Notes: generated from the sequence alone by a model not told the origin. Positions 19,192 to 28,970 are shown, counted from the first letter of the stretch. The stretch: DNA of 64,000 nucleotides from Candidatus Woesearchaeota archaeon (GCA_041665465.1 JBAYIU010000001.1:985332-1049331), one strand, 5' to 3'. A program made the numbers and translations.

Positions 19192-19309
19192 CTAGGCCTC
19201 TTTTAGTGCTAATTCCTTAATGGGTAGTTAATAAAGCTTTTTATTTAAAGCTTCCTTTTAGGTTCGAGTAAGGATAACTTTTATATACCTATAAAAAATA
19301 GTTTTACCC

Positions 19310-21403
19310 ATGGTAAGTTTTGGGTCAGGATCTGGCTATTATAGTCCGATGGATCGGGAGTATGGTAAATCGGTTACTAAAGAGAACACCAATGATGTAG
19401 GAGTAAGTGTGGGAGATATAGGTATTAGTTTAGGATTAGGTGTTGTTCCAAATATTCCTGCCTTAAATGCGCGTTTACGTGGCGGAACTAAAACTGCTGA
19501 ACTTTCATTTATGGGTGCAGGAAAAGGTTCTGGTCAAGGACACACTCCAGAAATGTACGGAGAAATCCAACGTCAAGCTTTACGTGAAATTCAAAAAGCT
19601 AATGAAATTAATTTTACTACTCATGCTACGGTAGGAGTTTATGGTATGGCTGGAATGGACCAGCAAGGTAATTTTTCTAGACATTCTAAAAGTATGGCTG
19701 TTGATGAGATTAAAAGAGCAATAGATTTTGCTGCCGATGTGGCTCGTGGTGGTCCAGTAGTATTACATTCGGGAGAATTCCATCGTCCAGTAGCAGATGC
19801 AGAATGGAACAAGGATAAACGATTTAGCATGTATGAAGGAGAAGAAGAACGTACTGCTTTCAGGGTTGTAGATACTAGAACCGGACAGGTAATCCAAGAA
19901 GCGCGTAAAAATCGAGCTGTTTCTCGTCCAGTGTGGAACACTACCGAAAAGGGGATGGAATACGTTGAGAATGGCCAGAAGAAAGTTGCTCAAGGAGAAA
20001 AGGATGAACGCGGACGACTAATTTATGTAGATTATCTAGGTAACCGATTACCCGATGAACAGCGTGTTCCTAAGATGAGTAAAGATGGTCAAAACTTTGA
20101 AGTTAAACAAATGGGTTGGGATGCGTTAATAGAAGAATCTAAACAGATGACCTTAAGAGCTCAAGAGGATTTTGAGAAATGGAAATCCGGGAAGTTTAGT
20201 GAGGAAGAAGCTAAGAAATCTCGTTGGTCACGATTCTTTCGTTCAGATCTTACTAAAGATCAAGTTAAAGTTCTGCCTGAAGAAGCATACATTATTTCTA
20301 CTTTAGAAACTAACGCTGCTAACAGTAAAGGGTGGGCAACTTATTATTATGGTAATTTCCAAGATAATATTGAAAATTTAAAGAAATTACAAAAAGCTCG
20401 GGAATTATACGAAAAAATAGAGAAAGAAACTTCTGAAGACGAAAAATGGAAATTGAAACAGCAAGCTCATTCCATCTTAGGCAATCTCCTTCCATCAGAA
20501 TCTAAATTTCCTACGGAGATGATCGATGACGCTTTGGATCAAATTAAAAGACAGATGAGGCAAGCTCAAGAAGGTTCTTCCTCACAGTTGGCCCAAGCAG
20601 CAGAAGCAGAAGAAACAATTAGGCATGTGGAGGGAGCAGATGTCTATGCTAAAAAAGAATCTTACGATGCTTATGCTCAAGCAGCAATCTATACTATGAA
20701 AAAATCTCAAGAGTTAGAGAGGAAAGGAACGATCAAGAAACCTATTTTCTTAGCTATGGAAAATCTTTATCCCGAAACTTATGGAGCCCATCCGGATGAA
20801 CTTAAAGATTTAGTTCTTAGAAGTCGAGAAAGAATGGCTCAAATGCTGGTGGAAAAGAATAAGATTTCTAGTGAAGAAGCTAAAAGTTTAGCTGATAAAC
20901 ATATCGGAGCTACTTTTGATACTGGCCATTTTAACATGTGGAGAAAGTATTGGCAAGGAGATTCTAATAAGACTTTAGAGGATAACGATAAAGATTTTAA
21001 TAAATGGTTCTTGAAGAGAGTAGAAGATCTGGCCAAGTCAGGGGTAGTAAAACATTTGCATTTGGTAGATAATTACGGATATCAAGATGAACATCTTGCT
21101 CCTGGGCAAGGTAATACTCCTATTCGTGACGTTATCAAGATCTTTAAAGAAAATGGGTTCAAAGGAGAATTGATCGTTGAGCCCGGTGCCGGAAGTAATG
21201 TTGATTCATCTCCCTCTAGCTTTATGACTAACGCTTGGAGTTATTTTGGCAGTTCAATTCATAGTTATTCTGGCGGTGGAGGGAAAACGTGGAAAGATGT
21301 TCAACATGGGTATTTTGGGCAGACTCAACCTCCTTACTTTACTTTTGCTCCTTATTCTCCTTCAGAAGATTGGACTTTATGGAGCGGAACACCTTTAGAA
21401 TAG
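19310..21403 (+). CDS. Xylose-isomerase-like TIM-barrel protein (AP endonuclease family 2, Endo IV-like) with a ~350 aa charged/coiled-coil insertion
   Basis: N-terminal half-barrel motifs (THATVGVYG, VVLHSGEFH). C-terminal metal-ligand motifs (FDTGHFNMW, HLHLVDNYG, DEHLAPGQGNTP, GELIVEPG). These are separated by a long Lys/Glu-rich insert. Confidence 0.55.
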   Translation: MVSFGSGSGYYSPMDREYGKSVTKENTNDVGVSVGDIGISLGLGVVPNIPALNARLRGGTKTAELSFMGAGKGSGQGHTPEMYGEIQRQALREIQKANEINFTTHATVGVYGMAGMDQQGNFSRHSKSMAVDEIKRAIDFAADVARGGPVVLHSGEFHRPVADAEWNKDKRFSMYEGEEERTAFRVVDTRTGQVIQEARKNRAVSRPVWNTTEKGMEYVENGQKKVAQGEKDERGRLIYVDYLGNRLPDEQRVPKMSKDGQNFEVKQMGWDALIEESKQMTLRAQEDFEKWKSGKFSEEEAKKSRWSRFFRSDLTKDQVKVLPEEAYIISTLETNAANSKGWATYYYGNFQDNIENLKKLQKARELYEKIEKETSEDEKWKLKQQAHSILGNLLPSESKFPTEMIDDALDQIKRQMRQAQEGSSSQLAQAAEAEETIRHVEGADVYAKKESYDAYAQAAIYTMKKSQELERKGTIKKPIFLAMENLYPETYGAHPDELKDLVLRSRERMAQMLVEKNKISSEEAKSLADKHIGATFDTGHFNMWRKYWQGDSNKTLEDNDKDFNKWFLKRVEDLAKSGVVKHLHLVDNYGYQDEHLAPGQGNTPIRDVIKIFKENGFKGELIVEPGAGSNVDSSPSSFMTNAWSYFGSSIHSYSGGGGKTWKDVQHGYFGQTQPPYFTFAPYSPSEDWTLWSGTPLE

Positions 21404-21428
21404 AGGAACTTCTGTTGTAAGTTAAAAA

Positions 21429-21480
21429 CCTCGCTTAAGGCGAGGCGAAAAGAAGGTGTTGGCGTCGAAAGTGTGTTTTA
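21429..21480 (+). terminator. Perfect hairpin CCUCGC-UUAA-GGCGAGG followed by a T-tract, downstream of the 19310-21403 gene
   Basis: Seven-bp GC-rich inverted repeat at 21429-21445 and tgtgtttta at about 21470-21480. Confidence 0.35.
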
Positions 21481-21611
21481 GGTATAGATAAATTAACTTG
21501 TTTATAAACTACTGGAACTTAAGCTAAAGAAGGTAAATTAAGAAAAAAGATACATAACCTTTTTAAAGCGAAAAAGGATTTGTTACTCCTAAGTAAGTTG
21601 GGGGTAAACTA

Positions 21612-22319
21612 ATGTATCAATTATTTTTCACACCGTCTTGGTTTCAAGGGTATGATTTGGTCTTTGAAGGAATCAGCTTAATTATAGCCCTGCTTATTGC
21701 TGGATACAGCTTAAAAGTTTATCGTATGAGTAAGGAAACTAAGTATGGTTACTTCTCTTTCGCTTTCTTGTTTATCGCTTTAAGCTTAGCTTTAAAGATG
21801 TTCACTTATGGAGTACTTTATTCCAGCCCGTTAAGAGAAGCGACGGTTACCATACTGGGGCCGGCAGTAGGTCAGGGATTAGAATTTGCAGATCTCTTTT
21901 ATCGGGCCGCTTTCTTCTTACAGATGGTAGTGATGTTAGGGGCATGGTTACTGATCTTCTTTATCTCTCAAAAGTCTAGGCAGAGGTTACATAACTTCTA
22001 TGAAGTTAGTCAGATGGCTCTTTTTGTTTATCTGATCTTCTTGATTTCAGTAGTAAGCAACTTTAAATATTCCGTATTTTATCTTACCAGCGCAGTTATT
22101 TTGGGTTTAACTGTGTTGAATTATTTCAAGAATTATCTTAGTACTAACTGCAATCGTAATGCTTTCTTAGTAATGGTAAGCTTTATGTTTATGTTGTTTA
22201 GTAATATTGCCTTTATTTTTGTGTTTTTGTGGGACAGTATGTATGTAGTAGGAGAAGTTTTACTTTTGGTAGGATTTTTACTTTTACTTTACACTTATAA
22301 CCGGGTGACCAAGAAATAA
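21612..22319 (+). CDS. Polytopic membrane protein, hypothetical
   Basis: 235 aa, six or more TM helices. Stop overlaps the next start (TAATG). Confidence 0.5.
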   Translation: MYQLFFTPSWFQGYDLVFEGISLIIALLIAGYSLKVYRMSKETKYGYFSFAFLFIALSLALKMFTYGVLYSSPLREATVTILGPAVGQGLEFADLFYRAAFFLQMVVMLGAWLLIFFISQKSRQRLHNFYEVSQMALFVYLIFLISVVSNFKYSVFYLTSAVILGLTVLNYFKNYLSTNCNRNAFLVMVSFMFMLFSNIAFIFVFLWDSMYVVGEVLLLVGFLLLLYTYNRVTKK

Positions 22320-22609
22320 TGGCCGCTAGAAGATCTCGTTTAGAACTTATTTTTGACATTCTTTTGTCTATCCAAAACAAAGGAGGAAGAATCAAGCCGA
22401 CCCATTTAATGTACAAATCTAATCTTTCTCATAAATTGTTAAACATGTACATGGAAGAGTTGTTAGGGAAGGAGTTGATTGCAGTTGAGGAAGAATTTCA
22501 TAAAAAGAGAGAAGTGCCTTCAAAAGTAATCTTATTGACTGATAAGGGATCGATGTTTCTAGCAGAATATAGAAGAATGCGCGAATTTACGGATGCATTT
22601 GGGTTGTAA
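22319..22609 (+). CDS. Small winged-helix DNA-binding protein (archaeal HTH_45-like)
   Basis: RLELIFDILLSIQNKGGRIKPTHLMYKSNLSHKLLNMYMEELLGKELI resembles archaeal small wHTH regulators. Confidence 0.55.
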   Translation: MAARRSRLELIFDILLSIQNKGGRIKPTHLMYKSNLSHKLLNMYMEELLGKELIAVEEEFHKKREVPSKVILLTDKGSMFLAEYRRMREFTDAFGL

Positions 22610-22634
22610 AATTAAATAATTTGGAGTTGATAAA

Positions 22635-22973
22635 ATGGCCATACCTATTGATGATTTAGTTGTTCCGGAAGGGTTTAGAATGGAGTTAGTAAGCGGTGCA
22701 GAGAGATATAATGCCCAAATTCTAACCGTTCCTGGATTTAATTTAAAGAAACCAGTGGAAATTCATGTTGGTCCTGGAGGAAGGGAAGGGGTTCTTTTAG
22801 CCGATATAAGAATTCCAGTGGGATACTTTGTCAGTGGTTTTGGGGGATCTAACGAACAAGCAGCTTATCGATTATTTAAACAAATGGATGATATTCGTAA
22901 TAACAGAAAGCCCGGACATTGGTTTTCTCCCAGTGATTTGGAAACTCTTGCTGGTTATTATGAATCGGTTTAA
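22635..22973 (+). CDS. Hypothetical protein
   Basis: 112 aa, part of a tightly spaced co-directional cluster. Confidence 0.45.
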   Translation: MAIPIDDLVVPEGFRMELVSGAERYNAQILTVPGFNLKKPVEIHVGPGGREGVLLADIRIPVGYFVSGFGGSNEQAAYRLFKQMDDIRNNRKPGHWFSPSDLETLAGYYESV

Positions 22974-22993
22974 TAATGCTTAGGAGAAGATAA

Positions 22994-23224
22994 ATGGGAA
23001 GATACTTTCGTGAAACTTATTGTCTGGGTGTTGCATCAGAGAATGTTTTACATAGATTAAGTGCTCTAGGTTCTCATGTACAAGATAATGTTTATCATAT
23101 CTATGATTTCACCGTTAAGGTTACTAGAGTAACTGAAGGAGGTCCTAAATCCCTCTTGACCGTTTCTGGTCAACATGAACATCTCGAAGGAGTAGAAGGA
23201 TTGTTGAGGGAGTTGGGGTCTTAA
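22994..23224 (+). CDS. Hypothetical small protein
   Basis: 76 aa. Confidence 0.4.
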   Translation: MGRYFRETYCLGVASENVLHRLSALGSHVQDNVYHIYDFTVKVTRVTEGGPKSLLTVSGQHEHLEGVEGLLRELGS

Positions 23225-23229
23225 ATAAG

Positions 23230-23862
23230 ATGATCACTCCCGGATACGTTGGATTTTTCGATGAACTGGATCTACCAGAAGAACTTCTCCAGAAGCCGCT
23301 ATCTTTAGAAGCGTTTTTTAAATCTCAGAAACAACTGAATGATTCTCGTGTGTTTTATCTTAAGGTTCTAGCAGGATTGGAATTAGAAGAACTGATTCAA
23401 CCAAGCATGATGCGTGAGCTAACTCCAAAAGGACAAGAAATATTTCAGGAATATTTTTCTCAAGCAAGGGACCATCTTAACGGAGAAACAACCAATTCTA
23501 ACTTAGATCATCTACTTTTTATGATCCAATCTGTTTCTTTGAGCGTCTATCTACCGGAAGGAGAGAGGTGTAAGTATTGCGAACAGGATATCTTTGTGTA
23601 TGAGATGGCCGACCAGTTATGGAGGACTTACTTTGGAAACCATAAAGATGGTTTATGGCGAGAAATATGTGAGAGAGAGCATTATCCTTACAACTATCTA
23701 CCTTTTCTTGGGGCAATAGATGTGATGAATAAGTGCGTAGAGAAAGGATGGTTGGAAGTAAATCCTCGTGAGATTCAGTATGCTGATCGATGTACGGTTA
23801 AATTTGTTCTGCCTACTGATAAGGAATTAGAAAGAGTGATTCATTCGAGAAAGAAGAATTAA
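23230..23862 (+). CDS. Hypothetical protein
   Basis: 210 aa. Contains CKYCEQD. No known motifs. Confidence 0.45.
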   Translation: MITPGYVGFFDELDLPEELLQKPLSLEAFFKSQKQLNDSRVFYLKVLAGLELEELIQPSMMRELTPKGQEIFQEYFSQARDHLNGETTNSNLDHLLFMIQSVSLSVYLPEGERCKYCEQDIFVYEMADQLWRTYFGNHKDGLWREICEREHYPYNYLPFLGAIDVMNKCVEKGWLEVNPREIQYADRCTVKFVLPTDKELERVIHSRKKN

Positions 23863-23905
23863 TCTTCCTAAAACTATTTAAAGTCAATAACTCTGTGTAT
23901 AAAAC

Positions 23906-24568
23906 ATGTTAATCTCGGGAACGGACGAAGCGGGTAGAGGACCAATTTTAGGTCCAATGGTAATGGTAACCCTAGCAGTAGAAGAAGAAGATCTTCAACG
24001 ATTCGAATGGCTAGGGGTTAAAGATTCTAAGATGTTAAGTTCCTCTACCCGAGAAGAGATGTTTGACCGAATCAGAGAAATCGTTAAAGATTTCAGAGTA
24101 GAAGTAATCGAGCCTGATGCAATAGATTTGTCTTTAAGAGAAACAGAATCAAACTTAAACTGGTTGGAAGCAGACACTACCGCTAGAATGATCTCTGAGA
24201 TTGCTCCTAAGAAAGCTTACATTGATTGTCCCAGTACTAATATTCCTGCATATCATCAATATATGTTCAATAAGATCGACCCGGATGTGCGTACTCGAGT
24301 TGATTTGTACATTGAGCATAAAGCTGATGTTAAATATATTGTGGTAAGTGCTGCTTCAGTAGTGGCTAAGGTTATCCGGGATAGAGCAGTAGAAGCGATC
24401 AAAAAGAAGATTAAGATTGATTTCGGTTCTGGATATCTTTCTGATCCTAAAACTCAAGATTTTCTGAAAAATTATCATGATAAATACCCAGAGTTGTTTA
24501 GAAGAATGTGGCGACCGTATAAGGATATAGTTGATAGCAAGAAACAAAGAAGTCTAGGTGAGTTCTAG
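23906..24568 (+). CDS. rnhB: Ribonuclease HII
   Basis: SGTDEAGRGPILGPMV, DSK and C-terminal conserved block. Confidence 0.85.
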   Translation: MLISGTDEAGRGPILGPMVMVTLAVEEEDLQRFEWLGVKDSKMLSSSTREEMFDRIREIVKDFRVEVIEPDAIDLSLRETESNLNWLEADTTARMISEIAPKKAYIDCPSTNIPAYHQYMFNKIDPDVRTRVDLYIEHKADVKYIVVSAASVVAKVIRDRAVEAIKKKIKIDFGSGYLSDPKTQDFLKNYHDKYPELFRRMWRPYKDIVDSKKQRSLGEF

Positions 24569-24604
24569 ATACTTTTTTAAACTTTAATTATCTTCTCTAG
24601 TATA

Positions 24605-25423
24605 ATGGTAGTATTTACAGGTGTTAAAAAAGAGGACTTGTCTAAGCTTAAAGGTGTAGTTGAAGAAGAACCTAAAACTATTCATGAAGAAGCTCGCTCA
24701 AAAAAGAAAGGGGTTGTTCTAATTTTATATAATTCTGGGAAATTATTATTACAAGGAAAGGCTGCTGATGTTGAAACTCTATCGAAAGAAATACAGAAAC
24801 TAAAGATAGGAAATCTAGAGGAAACTGAACCGTTCAAAAAAGAGTTGGGCTGGATCATTGGCAGCGATGAATCACTTAAAGGGGATACTTTTGGAGGAAT
24901 TACAGTAGCAGCAGTTAAAGCCGATGACGAAATCAGGAAAAAGTTGATAGAAATCGGAGTGGCTGACTCTAAAACCTTAAGCGATCATGAAGTGATTCGT
25001 TTAGCTGAACAAATTAGGTTGATTGCACCTTGTGAAGTCAAGAGTGTTTTCCCAGAAGAGTATAATCAACATAAGGAAAAGGTTACTTTACTTCTCGATC
25101 ATCTTCATCACGAATGTGCTCAGTTCTTACAACCAGGAAAACATATCGTAGATAAATATCCCGGTTGTAATGTTGGAGAGGTTCGGGAAGAGAAAGCTGA
25201 ATCTAAATATGTAGAAGTAGCTGCCGCTTCCATCTTAGCCAGAGACGCAGCCTTGAAACAATTGAGTTCTTTATCTGCATTAGCAGGATTTCATATCCCT
25301 AAAGGTAGTTCTCATGTTAAACTGGGTTTATTAGAGTTAAAACAGAGAAAGTTAGATCCTTCCAGATTTGTCAAGACGGACTTCTGGAATGTCAAGGATT
25401 TTCTCAAAGAAGAAAATCCTTGA
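24605..25423 (+). CDS. rnhC: RNase HIII-like type-2 RNase H with N-terminal TBP-like substrate-binding domain
   Basis: N-terminal domain with LYNSGKLLLQGK. Catalytic GSDESLKGDTFGGITVAAV, ADSK, AASILARD. Confidence 0.65.
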   Translation: MVVFTGVKKEDLSKLKGVVEEEPKTIHEEARSKKKGVVLILYNSGKLLLQGKAADVETLSKEIQKLKIGNLEETEPFKKELGWIIGSDESLKGDTFGGITVAAVKADDEIRKKLIEIGVADSKTLSDHEVIRLAEQIRLIAPCEVKSVFPEEYNQHKEKVTLLLDHLHHECAQFLQPGKHIVDKYPGCNVGEVREEKAESKYVEVAAASILARDAALKQLSSLSALAGFHIPKGSSHVKLGLLELKQRKLDPSRFVKTDFWNVKDFLKEENP

Positions 25424-25481
25424 GCATGATCAAAAGAAATCGTTGTTTCTTTTGACATGTACGAGAGTTTATGGGAGAAGA

Positions 25482-26372
25482 TTAACTATTTTTTAGGTTC
25501 AGTCCAACAATCTGTCGAGAAATTTGTACTAAATATTCTGCTATCATTCGAAAGTTGAATTTAATCTCTTGGTCTTTAATTTGACTAAACCAATTAAAGT
25601 GGGGTTGTTCTTCGGCAATCCAACGAAACTTCTCTTCCGAATAGTCATAATATAAATCATAAACCCGATTAAATAGATCATATAATCGATGATATTCTTT
25701 GAGGATGGTTTTATCCATCTTGACTTTTGGATGATTCACCAGATATCGACGTAGATAATCTAAATGGTTAGCTGTGAGTTCCAAGAATGTAACCAAAAGA
25801 TAAGTGTAATGAGGATACTTATATCCAGTACGATTGATGATTCTTTTCAGAAACATAGTGTATTTGTTGATGGTCATCTCTAAAGAGTTTATTTCTTCCA
25901 ATCGGGAGAGTTCTTTTTGTTCTAATATCTCTTTGAAAGTATGGATCATTTGATGTAACACAAAAAAAGTACGTCTTAGTATGGTGGGAAACTCTTCATC
26001 TAATTGTTTCGAAATTGATTTAATCTTAATTTTATTGGGACTAGTTTCTACAATCTCAAAACCCAGTAGGAGGTTTACCGATTGTTGGATTACCTTAAGT
26101 GTATTTTTGTCTTTAAAGTGTAATATTACTTCATCACAACCAGAGATGTATGCTGGTTGAAGAACTCGCCATACGTACTCTACTTTTGGAGAGATTAGAT
26201 TAATCTCGGTCTTTCGCTCATAAACTTCGGAAGTAGCGGTAGCCACCAGTTTATTGTCAACTTCATTGAAGTTGATATCATCTCCCTTCTTAAGATGATG
26301 TTTCTGGATCCATTTACTGGGAATTGCGGTCATTAGGGTGTGCTTTCCCATTTGAACTAGTTTTCTTTGCAT
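25482..26372 (-). CDS. AbrB/SpoVT-type DNA-binding domain fused to a PhoU-like helical domain (phosphate-uptake-regulator-like)
   Basis: N-terminal swapped-hairpin motif LVQMGKHTLMTAIPSKWIQKHHLKKGD, followed by a helical repeat domain. Confidence 0.5.
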   Translation of the reverse strand: MQRKLVQMGKHTLMTAIPSKWIQKHHLKKGDDINFNEVDNKLVATATSEVYERKTEINLISPKVEYVWRVLQPAYISGCDEVILHFKDKNTLKVIQQSVNLLLGFEIVETSPNKIKIKSISKQLDEEFPTILRRTFFVLHQMIHTFKEILEQKELSRLEEINSLEMTINKYTMFLKRIINRTGYKYPHYTYLLVTFLELTANHLDYLRRYLVNHPKVKMDKTILKEYHRLYDLFNRVYDLYYDYSEEKFRWIAEEQPHFNWFSQIKDQEIKFNFRMIAEYLVQISRQIVGLNLKNS

Positions 26373-26466
26373 ATCTCTTAAAATAGCTTCTTTTATTTAT
26401 AAACATTACTAAAAAACTTATATCTTTAAGCTAAAAGCTTAAGTCAAGTATTTGTTTTAAGTTTCT

Positions 26467-26814
26467 TTGGTGATTAAAATGAAAACATACAAATTTGATT
26501 TAAAGAAAGAGTGGGAAACCCTTTGTGGATTGAAGGATGGTTCGCCATTGAAGATTTATCACTTTAACTTAACGAAAGCTATTGGCGACCCATTTCCACA
26601 TTTTCATCCCCGCGGAAATGAATATTATCTGGTATTAAAAGGAAGGATTGCTTTAAATTTTAATGGGAAAGATATTTGGGTCAAAGCTGGGGAAATGGTA
26701 CAATTCAACCCAAAGGAAATTCATCATGCTCTGCCAAAGATTGACGGTCCAGCGCAGGTAGTGGTCTTTAGACAAGAGTTCGAGAAGGATGACAAAGTTG
26801 AGGTTAAATCATAA
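26467..26814 (+). CDS. Cupin-2 domain protein
   Basis: HFHPRGNEYYLVLKG...GE...H cupin metal-site pattern. Confidence 0.65.
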   Translation: MVIKMKTYKFDLKKEWETLCGLKDGSPLKIYHFNLTKAIGDPFPHFHPRGNEYYLVLKGRIALNFNGKDIWVKAGEMVQFNPKEIHHALPKIDGPAQVVVFRQEFEKDDKVEVKS

Positions 26815-27506
26815 TGTCTAATCTCGAACAAAAACCATTTTTAAGTAAGTTAGTTCACAATATGATAGAAATAATAATTTTTGATTTTGATGGGGTTATT
26901 ATTAATGAATTTGAGGAACATTATTCATTCTATAAAAAACGTATTGAGGGTTTAACTAAAGAAGAATTCAAAAGTCTTTTTGAAGGAAATCTTCATGAAA
27001 AGCTCAAAAGTTTCAAAGAAAGAGATAGAGGTCTTGATCCTCAGGATAATTATGGTCTGTACCAGCGAAGTGTCGATGTTGATTTTAAAATAAAAGAGAT
27101 ATTGAAAAAACTATCCAAAAAATATGTATTAGGAATAATTAGTTCTGGATTAGAAGAAGATCTAAAAATAGCATTACATAATAATGAAATGGGTAGTGTA
27201 TTTACCTTTATTTATGGAAAAGAAACTCATTCCAGTAAAGTTGAAAAGTTTAAACTAGTCTTTGAAAATTATAAAGTTGAACCGAAACAATGTATTTTTG
27301 TAACAGATACCATCGGGGATATTATTGAAGCTAGAAAAGTAGGGGTAGAGTCAATAGCTGTTGATTATGGTTATCATGAGAGAAAAAGAATTCAAAAAGT
27401 TAATCCTCTAAAAATAGTATCCTCTTTTTCTGAAATTAGACGAGCAATTGAATCGGCTTCAAGAAGGCAAAGCTTGAACGGATTAAATCCTCAATTCTCT
27501 ACATAG
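26814..27506 (+). CDS. HAD-superfamily hydrolase
   Basis: Motif I IIFDFDGVII and C-terminal VTDTIGDIIEARKVG. Confidence 0.75.
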   Translation: MSNLEQKPFLSKLVHNMIEIIIFDFDGVIINEFEEHYSFYKKRIEGLTKEEFKSLFEGNLHEKLKSFKERDRGLDPQDNYGLYQRSVDVDFKIKEILKKLSKKYVLGIISSGLEEDLKIALHNNEMGSVFTFIYGKETHSSKVEKFKLVFENYKVEPKQCIFVTDTIGDIIEARKVGVESIAVDYGYHERKRIQKVNPLKIVSSFSEIRRAIESASRRQSLNGLNPQFST

Positions 27507-27588
27507 TTCCTTACTCACTTAATGGCCAACAACTTAATATGTATCTAATCAAGATAATTTTATAAACAACCAAGTTTAACTTCTCCTT

Positions 27589-28356
27589 ATGCCGGACATG
27601 ACTGATGAGCAGCGTAAACAGCTAGAAGAGAAGATTAAAAAGATGTCTCCAGAAGAGCTGAAAGAGTTCCAGAAACAGCAATGTATCTTCTGTCAAATCA
27701 TCTCTGGAAAGATTCCTAGCAAAAAAGTATATTCTGATGATAAGTGTATTGCAGTGATGGATATTAATCCTGCAACTAAGGGCCATGTTTTGATTATGCC
27801 TAAAGAACATTATGCTATCATGCCTCAAATTCCAGATAAGGAAATTGGTCATTTATTCTTAGTTTCTAAATATCTATCACAAGTGGTTCTGAAAACGTTA
27901 AAAGTCTCTGGAACGAACATCTTTGTAGCTAATGGGGGAATTGCTGGCCAGAGAGCACAACATTTCATGATCCATCTAATCCCTAGAAAAGAAGGGGATA
28001 AAATTTTAGAGATAGAAGAGAAACTTATTGATGCTCAGATTATAACTAAAGTAAAAGAACTAGTGCAACCAAAATTACATGCCTTATTGGGGGTTAAAAT
28101 CGAGAAACAAACTACTCTCCCTCAAGAAAAAATAGAGCTTCCTGAAGAAGAAATAGTGGTGGGAAAAAGGGATCATCCGGAAGAATTGTTAGATGTGCCT
28201 GAAGAAGTGGAAGAAGTAGAAGAAGAAAAACCAAAAAAGAAATCTTCTTCCAAAGTTAAGAAAGTTGTTACTAAAGAACCTAAAACCGTATCTAAAAAGA
28301 ATCCTCCAAAAAAAGAAGAAGTAGCACTAGATGATATCGCGGACCTGTTCAAATGA
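27589..28356 (+). CDS. HIT-fold (HINT-like) protein with degenerate histidine triad and Lys/Glu-rich C-terminal tail
   Basis: N-terminal CIFCQIISGKIP...DDKCIAVMDINPATKGHVLIMPKEH. Triad region reads QHFMIHLIP, so the middle His is Met. Confidence 0.65.
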   Translation: MPDMTDEQRKQLEEKIKKMSPEELKEFQKQQCIFCQIISGKIPSKKVYSDDKCIAVMDINPATKGHVLIMPKEHYAIMPQIPDKEIGHLFLVSKYLSQVVLKTLKVSGTNIFVANGGIAGQRAQHFMIHLIPRKEGDKILEIEEKLIDAQIITKVKELVQPKLHALLGVKIEKQTTLPQEKIELPEEEIVVGKRDHPEELLDVPEEVEEVEEEKPKKKSSSKVKKVVTKEPKTVSKKNPPKKEEVALDDIADLFK

Positions 28357-28380
28357 GAATTAATCATAACGGAGCAAGCT

Positions 28381-28923
28381 ATGAAATGTGAATATTGCGA
28401 GATGATGGAACGGCAGAATAATCCCGATATCCTTTATGAGGATCCGGAAGTAGTTGTCGCTATAAAGGATTTCTCTTCTATCGCTGGTCAGATTTCCATC
28501 TTTCCTAAACAGCATCATACCATTTTAGAAATGGTTCCGGATGAAGTTATACAGAAATGTTTTATCTTAGCTAATAAGGTTAGCATGACTATTTTTGAGG
28601 GATTAGGAGCTCAGGGAACCAATATCCTGGTCCAGAACGGATTAGGAGCAGGTCAAAAGATACCTCACTTTTCTATCGAGGTTATTCCCCGAAGAGAGGG
28701 AGACGGTTTAAACTTAATGTGGGACCCTAAACAACTTTCTCCAGATGAGATGGATACTGCTTATCTAATGATCAAAGAAGAAGGAGATAAGTTAGTAGAT
28801 ATCGGTAAAAAGAAGAAAGAAGAGAGAAAAGAAGAAGTCAAGGGGGAATCTTCTAAAGACGGGCCTAAGAAAGTTGATAATAAAAATAATTACCTCTTAA
28901 AATCAATTAAAAGATTACCTTAA
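28381..28923 (+). CDS. HIT-fold paralog with degenerate triad (H-x-S-x-E)
   Basis: CEYCEM...VVAIKD...PKQHHT then IPHFSIEVIPR. Charged C-terminal tail. Confidence 0.6.
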   Translation: MKCEYCEMMERQNNPDILYEDPEVVVAIKDFSSIAGQISIFPKQHHTILEMVPDEVIQKCFILANKVSMTIFEGLGAQGTNILVQNGLGAGQKIPHFSIEVIPRREGDGLNLMWDPKQLSPDEMDTAYLMIKEEGDKLVDIGKKKKEERKEEVKGESSKDGPKKVDNKNNYLLKSIKRLP

Positions 28924-28970
28924 TTTTGATAAGAACTTTTATAATATTATATCCCTTTAAAGAATAAACC

